This document shows positions 49,055 to 62,684 of a stretch of DNA of 64,000 bases, in pieces. Numbering within the stretch: the stretch's first letter is position 1; each line of letters opens with the position of its first letter. The DNA is from Cycas panzhihuaensis (taxonomy: Eukaryota > Plantae > Cycadophyta): NCBI GenBank assembly GCA_023213395.1, contig CM041465.1:222463741-222527740 (forward strand), given 5' to 3'. The notes below the pieces were generated by a model that had not been told where the DNA came from, searched no databases, and worked only from the letters and a program-made list of their open reading frames with translations. Made by a program: the position numbers and the translations under genes.

Positions 49055-52000
49055 GAAGTATATCATCATTTCATTAGAGAAAAGATCTAGAATAAAGAGA
49101 TAGACTTATAATATTGTAGTAGTGACCAATGAGTTGTAAACATTTTCACAAAACTATTATCAAAAGATAAATTTTAATATTTCAGAGATTTTCGTGGAAT
49201 GAAAAATAAAGGATAAAGCATTAAGGAAGGGCATTAGAATATTAATGTTTTATCCTAAGTCTTGTACTAAGGTGATCTTTATGAAAATTTAGGGTTATAT
49301 GTTATTGGCCCTCTTTTGTATTAGAGTGGCACTTATCATACATATATTGGATTCTTTATGTAAATCAATAGTATATAGGAGAGATAATTTCTCTCTTATA
49401 ATCAATGAAGATCATTCATTTTTTAAATCTAATTCTCTACATAGTAATCAATAAAATCATAATTTGTTCCAAGTTATCAATCCCCCTAATATATGGCGTG
49501 TTAGATGTTTTGACCAATGTATCTTACTTCACCAAAATTGATCTTAAAACCAATTATTATTATATTTAGATTCAAAAAGATGATGAATGGAAGATAACCT
49601 TCAAAAAAAGAGATGGATTAGATAAGTGGATAATCATGCTATTCAAAATATTAAATGCCCCAAGCATATTTATGAAGCTAATGAACACCATTATGTGCCA
49701 TATATTAGCAAGTTTGTAGTTGTCTATTTTGATGATATTTTGATATATGATAAAACCAAGGAGTATTTAATACACTTAAGGATGGTGTTAGACATGTTAA
49801 CGGTACAAAAGCTATATGTGAACTTGAAGAAATACAAGTTTATATAGAGTAGTCTAGTATTTTTGGGATTTGTAATATCCCAAGATGGGTTACATATGGA
49901 TGAGGAGAAAATTAAAGTTATTGTTGAATGGTCTATATCTTAGAATGTGATAGAGGTAAGGAGCTTCTATGGTTTAGCCATATTTTATAAGAAGTTTATT
50001 AGAAATTTTAGTGGTATCATTACTCCTTTGACAGATTATACTAAGATAAAGGAATTTATCTGGAATAAGGCAGTAGAGTAGAGCTTCAAGTTGATGAAAT
50101 AAAAGGTGATAAAGGTACTTGCATTAGAACCACCAAATTTTAAAAAGGTGTTTGAGGTCAACTATGACACTTTACATATGGCCACTGGAGTCATATTGAG
50201 TGAAGAAGAAGGCCAATAGTACACTATAATAAGAAGTTGAATGAGCTAAGGAAGAAGTATTCTACCTATGATATAAAATTCTATACTAATATGTAGGGAC
50301 TAAGGCATTAACAATATTATTTTGTCCCTAAGGAGTTTATATCATTTATAGACCATTAGGCATTATAGTATGTAAATACATAGAAAAAGTTGAATATTAA
50401 GCATACAAAGTAGGTATCATATATATAGGGCTTTACTTTCATCTTTAAGAATAAATCAAAAAATAAACCAAGTTGTTGATACATTGAGTAAATAGCTCAC
50501 ACAATGCAGAGTAGTTATGACAATTATTTAGTCCAATGAAAAGAGCTATAGTGAGAGGATAATATTTGAATTTTATAAGGTGAATTAGAGAAATCTAACA
50601 TGGACAAGTAGTAAGAGTTCCAACATAGTAACTCATAGGAGATGAGTTCTTTTCAAGTAGAGGAGGATGACATAAGAGTATATGTGAGTTTTAAATTCAA
50701 AGGGTCAACTTGCTAAGATCATAACTTTTGATCTGGGTGTTCATTTTGGTCTTTTTATTTCTTTCTTTTAAATCATAGATATTTGAAATATATACATCAC
50801 TATAATTAACAACATTGATTATGACCTCATTTATAGTATTTTAGAACCCAAAAATGATCATATAGGGATCTGAAATGTTATTTTATGATTATCTATCACA
50901 TTTATAATATCTTGTGGATATTAGTTTTCCTAGTTGCAATATTCACTTTATATTACTTATGTTTCTATGGGGCACTTTTTATGTTTATCTGCTCATGGGT
51001 CAATTTTTTGCAAATTGGAGAACTTTTAAAAATTTACTAAAAATAATAATAATAAAGATTTTACTAAAAATGGTAAGTTTTTTATTTAAGGTTTTATTCA
51101 CTCTAAGTTAATTTCCTAATTTTAGAGTTTGGTAGTTAGGATTTTTGTATGGCCAAAGACCATGAATTTGTATAAATTTTTTATGCTGAAAACTGAATTT
51201 TTAGTTTTACTAATTTTAAAAATGAAAAAATAAGAACCTATAAAAGAAAGGTGTTCTTAAAAAGTTTGGTTCTATTTTTTAGTTTAATCTCCTTTATTTT
51301 CTTTGCATGTATATGTTGCTGAAGGAGTCACCACTCCATTAATTGATGGCCATAATTAGTTGATTATGTATCATTAAATATTCTATGGAGTAAAATGGAG
51401 AATCTTAGTCATCATAATCAACTCATTTATGTTCTATAAGAGTAAGCATATGTTTCACAGGATCAAAGTCCTACTTAATATTAAAAATAACTTATTTTAG
51501 TTGTTATAAATATTCATTCATCTAAATACAATCATCTAAAACTTTATCTAAATCTTTATGATTAATAATTTTATTGTCCTTAATTTGGTCCAACTCTTAA
51601 AAGAGTGGTGTAACTACATTAATTTAAGTCCTTGCATCTACTTTGTTAGCTATATCAAATAAGAAGTACTTAATTTTTTGAAGTACTTTTGTACCAAAAT
51701 TCTTTAATAACAGAATTAAAATATCTTAGGAAAATATCTTTTGGTATATAACCAATCTAATATTTATTATCTTCTTTCGATATCCAAATGCTAATTACGT
51801 GGAATTTTGCTAAGTGATCATTAGGGACTAGTATAGCCAAAACTCTATTGGTACTATTTTTAAGTACCGGGTATGTTTAGAATATTGCATATGCTTTTAG
51901 AGGCTAGTATCACCTTCATATTTTTTAAGGACATATGACTAATACTTCTACTTTAAGTTAAATTTTCTCTAAAAGAATTGAATAGAATCTAAGAATGTTT

Positions 52001-52218
52001 GCCATGATCACTAATATGTATGCCACTAATTGAATATATATCTCCCCTCAATGCTTATGTCTAGTATTAAATAAGATCAAAGGATGGATATTTCTTTATA
52101 TCATAATTATTTTACACCATATAATTCAATGTTTGATCATCATTTTCTCTAATTTCATCAAGCTCTTATATGAAAACTAATTTCATGAGGAAACAAGATC
52201 GATAATCTTTATACTTTC

Positions 52219-55200
52219 TTTTTGATGTAATATCCAATTATATTTTATATCAATCCTAATCCCTTCCATACTCTCTCATGTATTTTATGAATATTATATT
52301 ATGATCACTTTAAATAATGTGCTATTTAAGGAAATATGCTAGCACACAAAGGTTGATGTAAGGGTTCTTACATCAGATGAGAGATGTTATACGTATATAC
52401 ATGATTCTTTAAATAATTTAATGTTTGGCCATTCTCCCATCAATCCATTATATATCATACTTTTTTTTTTTGATATGGTAAAAATAATATTATAGGGGTT
52501 TTAACTGGGTCTCCAAACCCTGTACATCAAAGCTAACTGGCTTAGCAAATATGACCATGACAGGCCCATGGTCTAGCCCAATAAAATCTCCCGACCTCCT
52601 CAGTCTACCTCCCCCCATTATATATCATACTTGTACACACTTTTTTTTTTGTGTTTCATCAATCCATCTTACACTCATCTCATCATCTATTTATTATCTA
52701 TTTTTAGGTCCATTTCTATTTTTATAGCTTCTGCATTTTATGTCCTAAGTTTTTGGTATCATAGCATTCATCTCTAAATATATCTTTGTGGTATCAAAGT
52801 GAATACCACAACCAACATTATGGTATCATATCCTATGGCTACATCCTTAGGAGGATATATTTTGAGCCTATTCTTTCAGTTTTTTAGAGCTTTTTAAAAT
52901 TATTTTTAGAGAACTTATAGTGCCAAGTTTTAACCTATCATCATACCTTTGTTTTTTAAAGAAAATTTTTAAAAATGTCAAGGTTGTTTTATCACATGTT
53001 CATTAAATATTTTAGGGTTGTTATGTTGTAAAATATTAAACTTTTTAAGGCTAATTTATTATTTTTCTAAAGATTATTTGAAGAAAAATATTATTGCTTT
53101 ATTATTATTTTTAAATAAAAAGAGAGGTTGTTTTAACCTACTCACAAGTTTTTTTAATCTATTGTAAAACTTGTTTTAAATCTGTAGGAAACAAAAGAAT
53201 ATATAGAAAAAATGACAGATTATGTATGTTGAAAAATATATTTTTATGACCTATCTTTTTTTTTATATATAGGCCCATAAGTATATCATATATAAGTGTT
53301 ATAAGAGGTTATAAAAAGGCCTTTTCCTAAGTTATTATTTTTGGAAAAAATAGAAGCAAAAGAGCCATAATTATAGGCCTAATCACCCTATAACTACAAT
53401 AAATTTGTTGCTAGAAAAAAATGTGATTATAATGGATATTTTATGCCTATTTTTAAGGCCATTATGAGTGCCCCATGACTAGGATTCACTACTAGAATGA
53501 GGACCATTGTTGATATAAAAAAATGTAAATATTAAGCCTATTGAGAAGCCTGCATTTTCTTCATTATGATATTATTTGGTTAGGGTCAATTGAGTTTGTA
53601 CATTAGCAATACTCCCCACAACTTTGATATGTTCTTCCATAAAAAATTATATGTGTTGTAATAAGGAAAATCATGTTTATGAAATTTAATGTATCTACCT
53701 GGCTACATGATGCTTTTTTTTAAAGCAAAAGGGAAGAAAGTTTATGTTGATGGCAAGTTGAGGTAATGAGTGGACACTTATCCCTATTGTAGTTAATCCA
53801 AAATCATTTAAAACCCTTTGATTAAAACATCTACTCATGTGAGGGTATCTAATGCGAACATTTGTGGAAACTCATCCCATTTGGGGCATTTAGAGCAAGT
53901 GCCACTTCTATAGATATGTGGACCATTATGGCACCTAGGGTAAAGAAAAGGAAATAAATCATATATTAGAGAAAAAAAAAAGGAAAAATTAGGGCTACAC
54001 ATATGGCAAACAACCCAAACTAGAAAGTTATGAAGCACATTGCCAAACAAGTAAATAGAGAGTGTGTAATCACAAAGAACAAGAGGATGGCAAAAGAAAA
54101 CCCTACACACAATGAAGAAGGTGAATGACGAGGATGAAAATTTAGTACAATAGATGAAAAGCCTACAAATGAAGAGGATGCAAAAATAATAAGCCCCATA
54201 GATGATGCATAAAAAGATTACAAAGAACTCTATAGATTAGATACATACAAAGATGCCTCACATAGATAGTTGAGCCACCTTACAACAATATAAACAAAAT
54301 AAAATGATAGAAACCCTAAAAAATGAGTAGCTAGATTATGTTTTAGAAATATTTTAATAAAAATAAGAATATTTCATTTTTAGTTGATGTAAAAAATTAT
54401 AAGAGGGCATTAAATATTTTTATAAAGTTAAAATTAAAATTAACTAAATTGAAATCTTTTTTCAAGTCTATAGTCCCCATAACTGGTTAACCCTTAGTCA
54501 CATGGCACATGTACATGGTCAATAACCTAGTGTAAAAGGGGCTAAGCCTCTATTTTTTATCCCCTTATAATTTTTTAAAGAGTCGTGCTCACATTTTTTG
54601 TAATGTTTTAAGCATAGAGAGTTCATTTTTTGATCTAGAAGATATACTAGATTCTTAATTTAACCCTCTTCAATTTGACAAGTCACACGAAGAATTTAGG
54701 GCTAATTTATTATAAGAAATTTAGCTCAAAATCAAGTTTTATTTTAAATGGGTCATTTTTTTATAAGTTTCTCATTATTTTTAGGTTTACTTATGCCATT
54801 TCAAAGGTTCCAAGTTACTTTACAATTATTGTATTAATGTAATGTAGCCTATAATAGGGGAGCAATATAAAAGTTTATGTCATAGGCTCTTCTTTAAGCA
54901 TTAAAGAACCCCATTCATCATTAAATTATTAAAATTTTTCATTAAGAGAGAGTAATTTGTTAATGAATTGAGTAACATCCTCTTTTATATCATTGTTATT
55001 ATATTATTAGATATTTAATAGCCCTTTGAGGCATTTGTTAGCCCGCAGAGGCAAAATTATGAGGCCATAGTGCCTTTATATAAGACGAAAAAGGTCATTT
55101 CATTGTATTTCTAATCCTAATAGATGATGATGATGTATTTTTGGGTTTATGTTCTCAAAGAAGCTACTCATAGTCCCATTTGGCAAGAGGTGGGACACTT

Positions 55201-55925
55201 TTTTTAATTGCTCTTACATATCTTTTCCAGTTTACTTGTTTGACACATAGGATAATATGCTCTTAAAGTGAAGTTGAATTAGCACTAATAGAACCACATA
55301 ATCAAATGTGAAAACTAGTTAATCAGTGGTCATAACAATTGGTTGCCCATGTGATTTAGTATATTGAGCACTCTTCATATGGATATTAATAATAATTTAC
55401 ATTCATTTCAAGCAATTTAGTTTCAACATATTTGAAGACCAATTTTATATTATTAATGTGACATTTTATATGATGTAATTGTATATTATAGGGGGAATAT
55501 TTGGTGTAGAGTTTAATCATATTTTATGTTAGTCATAATCTATTTTATAGTTCTCATGTATTTTATGAATATTATATTATGTTTATGTTAAATTGTATGA
55601 CATTTAGAAAAATATACCAATACAGAAAGGTTAACCTAAAGGATTCCCATATAAGATGAGATATCTTATAAGTATACATATAATTCTTTGAATAATTTAA
55701 AGTTTGGCCATTCTTCTACCAATCCATTATGCATAATGTGTGTACATACTCTTTTTATATGTCTCATTTATTTATCTTACACTCACTTCATCATTAATTT
55801 ATTATCTATTATTAGGTCAATTTCTATTATTATAACTTATGTATTTCATATCCCAACTCTTTGGTATCATAACATTCATGTCCAAATCCTTTTTTGTTGT
55901 ATTAAAGTGAATAACACAACCAATG
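52219..55925 (+). mobile_element. Old non-coding LTR element of about 3.7 kb
   Basis: Diverged direct repeats at about 52219-52817 and 55498-55925; PBS-like TGGTATCATATCC at 52821; PPT AGGGGGAA 55490-55497. Confidence 0.7.
52461..52614 (-). mobile_element. 154-bp poly(A)-tailed non-LTR insertion (5'-truncated LINE or SINE)
   Basis: Perfect 16-bp TSD CCATTATATATCATAC (52445-52460 and 52615-52630); the minus strand ends ...ACCATATC plus A11; absent from the sister LTR. Confidence 0.85.
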
Positions 55926-58900
55926 TTTTTCTTCTTCCCAAACTTGTAATACATCATTCAATATTAATAATGGTAATTCTATAATGTTGAATTATAAGAA
56001 TTACTCTACTGATGAGTTAGTAAAATTGTTGTATGTCACTTGGCAATGATTAATATCCTCATTATAGCCTTTGGATAACTCATTTTCTATCAAGATTAAA
56101 GCAAAATCTTATTCAATTTCTTAAAATCTTTTTTTTAAAGGTATAAAAATGGCTTTGTTCCCATGTCAAAATGTCAGTTGCTATTGGTTAAGATAGAGTA
56201 CTGATCACATCCTTTGTCCCTATGGTTGACCTAATAATAATTGATAGACATTGTTCCTCAACAATAACACTCCACTTAAAACTCTACTCTAATCATGATT
56301 CCATAATATATGATAGTGAATCTTCTTAATCTTCCTTTGGGAGGAATTAGGTTTAGATCAATAACTTTAATAACAATTAGGGATTACTCTAAAGTTGGCA
56401 TTCCTAATTGTATCAATTTTTTCTCTGGCATGACATTAACTTGTGAGCCAAAGTTGGCTATAGCATCTTATAATAGGAAGTCATGTAATTAAATGTTAAT
56501 CAAAGGTTCAAAGTCTTTACACTTTGATGTCACCCTCTTTGTCATTTACTTAACTTGTTAAATACTCATCAATGGGGGTTATATAATATCTAATTTATCA
56601 TGTCCAAATAGTTATACCATCTATGTGATCATTGATATAACTAGTGTAAGCAACTTTTAAGTCTTCTATATGTCTCTAACTTCATTACATGATCATCTCA
56701 ATACTAGGAGTAATAATACTTCCTCCTCATTCTAATAGGATTACTAAGCTCAAAATTCATTTTGGGCTTCTTTGAAATATGACTTTTGTATTTTAGGATA
56801 TAGATACTTACTTGTTTTCCCTCAATAATTTTATTAAATCATCCTTAAATGTCCCATTGGTCTATCATGATTATATTATCCTATTATCCCTTCTCTTGTC
56901 ATTTAATTCATCTATTTATAATAGTGTGATCTAGAACTACATTGCAATCATGTTGGTGACTCTAAATCCTTATAACTACCACATGATGGATGACTTTATA
57001 TTTTCCTTTTATCTTTTACAACATGACTAGTAGTCCATTATTTCACAATTACCATGCCCATAGATAAATGACTTTGAGTTGATTGAATGGATAAGTCCTT
57101 TATACATATCTCTAATTTCTACATTTGTAGAATTAGATGATTTTCATTTGATCTAGGTTTATACTTATTCTTAGTTATCTTGGTCTTTATTATGTCCCAT
57201 TCTTACCTTTCAGATAGAAATGATAATCATGAGTATTATGCATCTTGCCATTATAAATATAACAAAATTGCCCAAGCATACTTAGGTGGCTATTTATTAT
57301 AACTTTCTAAGAGAACTCTTCTATTAAATTTCCATAAGCTTTATGGATATGATAATATAATTATCCTATGGGAGATGTCGACTTTGTTTGATATATCATC
57401 AATGGATTTTACTATAGTTACTCAAATGCCTAATGATAGATGTTCCTTATCATTGATGTATTATTTGATGGTCAATGCTCTATTTTAGAATTCTTGAATA
57501 CACCTAACATGTGGCACTCCTCTTTATAGTGGCCTCGTTCATAGTTTATGCACCATATATTTTATCTATACAATTGCTCTTTACTTATTACATTCAATTT
57601 CTATAGCACTTAATTCAATTGATCTATAATTTATGGAAATGTTTGCATCAATGGGGGTACTTCCATTTTACCTTTTAATTCCATTGATATTAAAAATATA
57701 TAACATTATAGCTATGATACCATATCAAATACCAACTCCTTTCCTATATGTAAAATTCCAAAAGTAGAAAGTAAATAATAAAAGCAAGGAGATAAACATG
57801 AGATGATTGCATTAGATTTATAATGGTAAACCCTTATAGAATACAGGTTAAACATGCATTATGAAATATCCTTTTAGTAATGAGCAAACTCTTAATACAA
57901 TGAAGCCTCAAATAACTAGAACAAGGAGTTTGTAATCACCATAAATAACTAAACAAACATTAGATGATCTTCTTTATACTCTTAACATAATGTAATCACT
58001 ATTCAAAAGGTCATGAAGCAAGCATATAATATCCTTAGAAATCACTTAATAATAAAGGCATAGCACTTTATATCTTATACTCTAAGTAGATTATGCAAAA
58101 ATATGGTGCTAGAGATAAGGAGACTAATGCAATAGTCTAAATAGCTTTGACGGTTCAACCATATTAGAAATAGAGATATCACAAAAGTATTAAAAATGCA
58201 TGATAAAAATATATTAAAAAAAGAGAATCTATAATAACATGATACAAAAAAATAAAATATGTACTAGAATAAAATATAATAGAGAATGGAAGAATGATCA
58301 ATCTTCTTACTATTGCATTATAGAAGATACATATTTTTAAATACATGTCATCTCATGAAGTTCTAATGAGATTGGAGAATCTCAAATATAATCTATAAAA
58401 ATTCATGAAGAAATAATACTCACATAGTAAAAATTCTATAAGAACCTAAAATCATGTCTATGGGATGGTAACTATACCTAGTTAGGATTAGGTTGGTCAA
58501 TAAAAGGCTCCGGAATATAGAGTCAATCCAACAAGTGGAGGAAATCACCCACACAGGGCGTCCATGCATCGGAACACAGGTTCAAGACCTATGAATAGTG
58601 CACAACTTCCCTTTAGGTAACTTAGCTTTGGTTTTGGAGGTAGCACAAGTGAGGAATATCATTGGTTTCCTAAGTAACCTCAAAGTGAAGGTCTTCCCAC
58701 CCTTGGATGGCTAGAAGGGAAAGGCAAGACCCAATGAGGAGATGGATCATCATGGAAGATGAAGGGATATGAATAGGATATATATAGGCAAGTGGTGCGG
58801 GAGGTACATGCTCGTAAGGGTAGTGCTGGGTAACCACCTCATGCATGGGACCAACCTAAAGCAAAAAGTGTCAAGATTATTAAGCTAGTATGGGTGTGAT

Positions 58901-59743
58901 GGGGATATAGGAGGATGTACTAGAGGATGAATCCTCTTTGAACTAACCCACCTAAAGTGAGTTTAGGGGAGCAAAGAATGATGGTGGAAGTAGTTACCAC
59001 CATCCTATGTATGAAGGAGTCTACCTTTGATGTGTAATAGTGAAATGGTGTCTAATAGGTTATGTATGCAAACAAGAGATAAAAGGAAGTACATATATAA
59101 AAGATGATGAATATACTTTCTCTCTAACGTAAACGTCGCTCTCTTTTCACTTTAAACAGAAAAGAAAGGAAAGGAGGGGATGAGGGATGCAATCCAATCT
59201 AGCACAAAATATGTATGCTAAAGATGCAAAACCTAAGAGGTTGTATACAATCAAATGGAAAGAGGAAGGGAATATCTCTTATCTTGTGCTCTTTCCTAAA
59301 ATGCAAGCTAGTGTGCATATGTAAATGGATGGTACAAATTAGTTCTCTTTTATCTTTTCCCTTTATGCTTTTATCATGCAAACACACAAACTTCAAAGGT
59401 AAGAAGAGAAAAGAACTATGAAAAAGGAGGCAGCATACCTGGAAAGTTATGCAGCTGAAACGAAGTTGCCATCTTGCAATGCACCTACTTCTTCTTTTCC
59501 TTCTCCCAACACACGGGCAGCATAGGGTGATAGTGTTGGGGCTTCCTTACCTTCCCCTAATTAAAAGGAAGAAAAAAGGAAATGCAAAGGGAAAGGAACT
59601 ATGCTAAAAGCTGAAATGACCAAGGCAAAGGAAAGCAAAGAAACGTACCCAAATTGAAGCAGTTCATCCTTCTCTATGAGCGACATAGTAACCTGCAATC
59701 ATAAGGATTCTCTACCCTTTTCCAAGGGACTGCTAGAGTGCTA

Positions 59744-59944
<201 letters not shown>

Positions 59945-62296
59945 GAAAGATGCTAAGAATATTGCAAATAAAAGCACTTTGAATCAAGTAAACGTCCAAC
60001 CAAACAACAACTTCTAGTCTCCTTAAAACAAATAACATAAGACAAAGGATGTAAATGTTTAGCTTCAATATGGCTAACCCTCCAATGAGTGCACCTCCAC
60101 GCTACCTCTAAGCATAGGAAAAAGTAGGTTGGGACAACCTAATGGTAGAAAATGATAAGGGAAACAAATAGTATGAGGTTTGCAAATACCGTCTATGTTG
60201 CAAGTGTTGCTATGTGCAGTAATTTACAACTTTGATCAAGCCAAGATCCAAAGTCAATATGTAACACTACTTGGGGCTAGAAAATCTGCCCAAGTGAGGC
60301 ACTCAGGCCTGGAACTAGTGCAGTAAGAGGCTGTGTATGCTAACACCAGCGATGGCCTTCTTCCAGGAGCTCCCCAATAGCCCAAGAAAGGCACAAGAGG
60401 AAGAGAGGACAAGAGGAGAAGGGGGTTGCCCTTGAGGGGTAGGCCTAGTTAAGTGCAAAACCCACCTTGGCTCATTTCTCTCACTCTTTGAGGACCTCTC
60501 CCCATAGCCTCCTTGGAGAAACCAAGAGAAAGTAGGAAGATAATGTGGATAGAAAGGGAGGAATGGAGGGAATGCCTCCTGTATGTACTGGAAAGCTATA
60601 AAATGAAAGATATACAAATTGATCTGATCTCTTTTAAGGAAGTTTAAAAGGAACAAAATATAACAAACATGAGGTGGTACCTGTTGGGATAGATTAGAGA
60701 TAGGTATGCTTACAAAGAGGGCATAAAAGGACAGATCTATGGTGCTTATAGGTGGATCCCTATAAGAGCTATGTAACCTGGAGAGGAGCTTGCTGAAAGT
60801 TGCTGATAGAGCGTGGAGGCAAGACTTGGAATGTATCCTTGCTTGGAGAAGCTTGTTGGTGATCCTGCTACCATGGATCCAAGCTAGAGAGGGGGGATCT
60901 CAGGCTAGAGCATAGGGAACTCAGATGTTGCAGGGCATTCCTACAGAAAACTCCTGTGAAAGTAGGAGAAGAGAGAAGAGTAGGTGGAAGAAGAGAGAGA
61001 AAATGAAGTTCTTTTGGGTTTTATACCTAACCCTAGCTTAAATGGATAATTAGGATTAGGCTCAGACTCAAGGGATGACTAAGCCATGTGGCAATTTTGC
61101 AAAAAAAGTAAAATTTTCCATGACAGATTTTAAAAACTATTTTATGACAGTCGCTGCACGGTAAACTTTATGGTATCACAAAAGTTTATCGTAGTACCGT
61201 AATGTTTGTCGCAGTGCAATGACAAAGATAAAAATATGACAAGAAAAGGTTCTTGGGAGCCCTAAAGGAGGGTACCCCAGGCCTATGACGGGCTGGGCCT
61301 CTGTCTAGGTGGATGGGGTCAGTCATATGGAGAGGATAACCTAAATCGGATGAGGTACCGAAGAAGTAGGGTTCCCAAGAAACGAGCAAACGGGTAGGGA
61401 TGTACCAATCACACTTAGCGGGGCACCAAGAGCCATGATGTGGTAATAAGAGGATGTGAATAGATCACACAGGCTAAATGACGATTGAGACAACATGGAG
61501 GTGCATAAGAGGGTTGTGGAGTGCCATGGGGATGCATATCTCATAGATCGTCATAGGCTGAAAGAGTATCAAGCAATATGATCAAATAACAGATGCAAGA
61601 TTATCACTCAAATGTATCATTCAGCCATGTAATAAAAGGATGCTTCATTTTACCTTTTTATAGAAGTAATAAAGGCAAAGACTAGAAGCATACCTATACT
61701 TACCTATGTCAACTAGCCAAGAACCTATTCCTGGTAGCTAAGAAACACTACCCCCTTAGTAATAGAGCCTCATAGCTTAGAGGCGTAATGCGATGGTGAA
61801 TACTAGCAACACAATGTTAGTAGTATATATATATATATATATATATATAAGAACAAACATAATAATGGTGTGAGCCAAGGGTGACAATGAATGTCATGGC
61901 AGAACACATGGGTGTAGAGGCAAGGGTGAGACAACATAGGGGTTGCCTATGTGTCACCGTATAGACAACAGACAATGATAGCAGATGAGGGGGATGCCCA
62001 CACTGTGAGAGTAAAATGAAAGGGTGGTGAGGACCATACATAAGATCAGGTAGATGTTATGAACAAAGTGCTATGTATAGACACAAGTCAAGAATAGTGA
62101 GAGTTGTGTGCTAAAATACTAAGAGTAGAGTAAGGAAAATGAACTTGGTGATTGCCATAATTTAGCCTCATTAGTGGCTAACTTTTAGAGGTGCGAACAG
62201 ATCGCGATGTGAAGGGTAAGATGACCTGAGACTTGGGCACTTGGGCAACTGGACAAGTCTCTCAAGGTGGGTCGCTAAGGAGAGGGAGACGATACT

Positions 62297-62684
62297 AAAG
62301 GATGAGACGAACTAGGCTGTTTGCCTCAGCGTTAAGGGCCCGAGGAATGTGTTGGATGTTAACAGATAGAAAACAAGCTAACAAGGATCTGGCGGTCGAG
62401 GCGAGGGCTCTCAAGCATGGGCACCGCACTTGGTAAACCTAAGTGAGATAGGACACCACAACCTGAGAGTCGCAGAAAAGAATGATGGGCCCATGGTGGA
62501 AGCGGAGCGCATTTGTAAGGGCCTCAATAACAGCTGTGTACTCAACTTCGGCATTAGTGGCCTCGGGAAGAAAGATCCCAAAACACATAAAGTTGTATCT
62601 AAAAGGGTCATTGAGGATCCATACGGTGGAGGAAGGGCCTGGGTTACTATGGCTTCCACCATCAGTGAAAATGAGTAATGCCAT
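62297..62684 (-). pseudogene. Archaeal-type RNase HI (aRH) domain of a Tat element, one in-frame stop
   Basis: MALLIFTDGGSHSNPGP...ATNAEVEYTAVIEAL...FCDSQVVVSYLT*VYQVRCPCL...QHIPRALNAEANSL; matches the aRH motifs DGGSRGNPG, TNNxAEY, DSxLVV and HxPRxxNxxAD. Confidence 0.85.

Larger units (their letters stand above)
26725..49441 (+). mobile_element. Ty1/Copia element A (decayed), inserted in the RT of the CRM-like element
   Basis: LTRs of about 210 bp at 26725-26935 and 49232-49441; PPT AAGGAAGGG 49223-49231. gag is split by Copia B; Zn knuckles at about 35900-36000; INT (LVHGDICGP, RTDRGGEY); RT; RNase H TKHIEV|YHHFIRE split by the element at 39058. Confidence 0.88.
24333..51341 (+). mobile_element. 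CRM-like Ty3/Gypsy element, outermost layer of a nest; integrase largely deleted
   Basis: LTRs at about 24333-24981 and 50668-51341; degenerate Met PBS after 24981. gag (KLTGHTMIWWDHL) and protease (NDSGSYENIIS). RT is split at RICVECRA|INKII by Copia A and resumes at about 49447 with FVVVYFDDILIY. Confidence 0.85.
51400..58150 (-). mobile_element. Very decayed Gypsy relic interrupted by the 52219-55925 element (ends approximate)
   Basis: Met-type PBS TGGTATCATAGC at 57722-57711; protease-like AIANFGSQVNVMPE at about 56460-56420; weak RT-like residues at about 52140-51850. Confidence 0.45.

Noticed and set aside
61171-61180. TGGTATCA as the PBS of another plus-strand element
   Set aside because: It lies inside the minus-strand Tat LTR within a hairpin also present in the young LTR; no adjacent LTR end.
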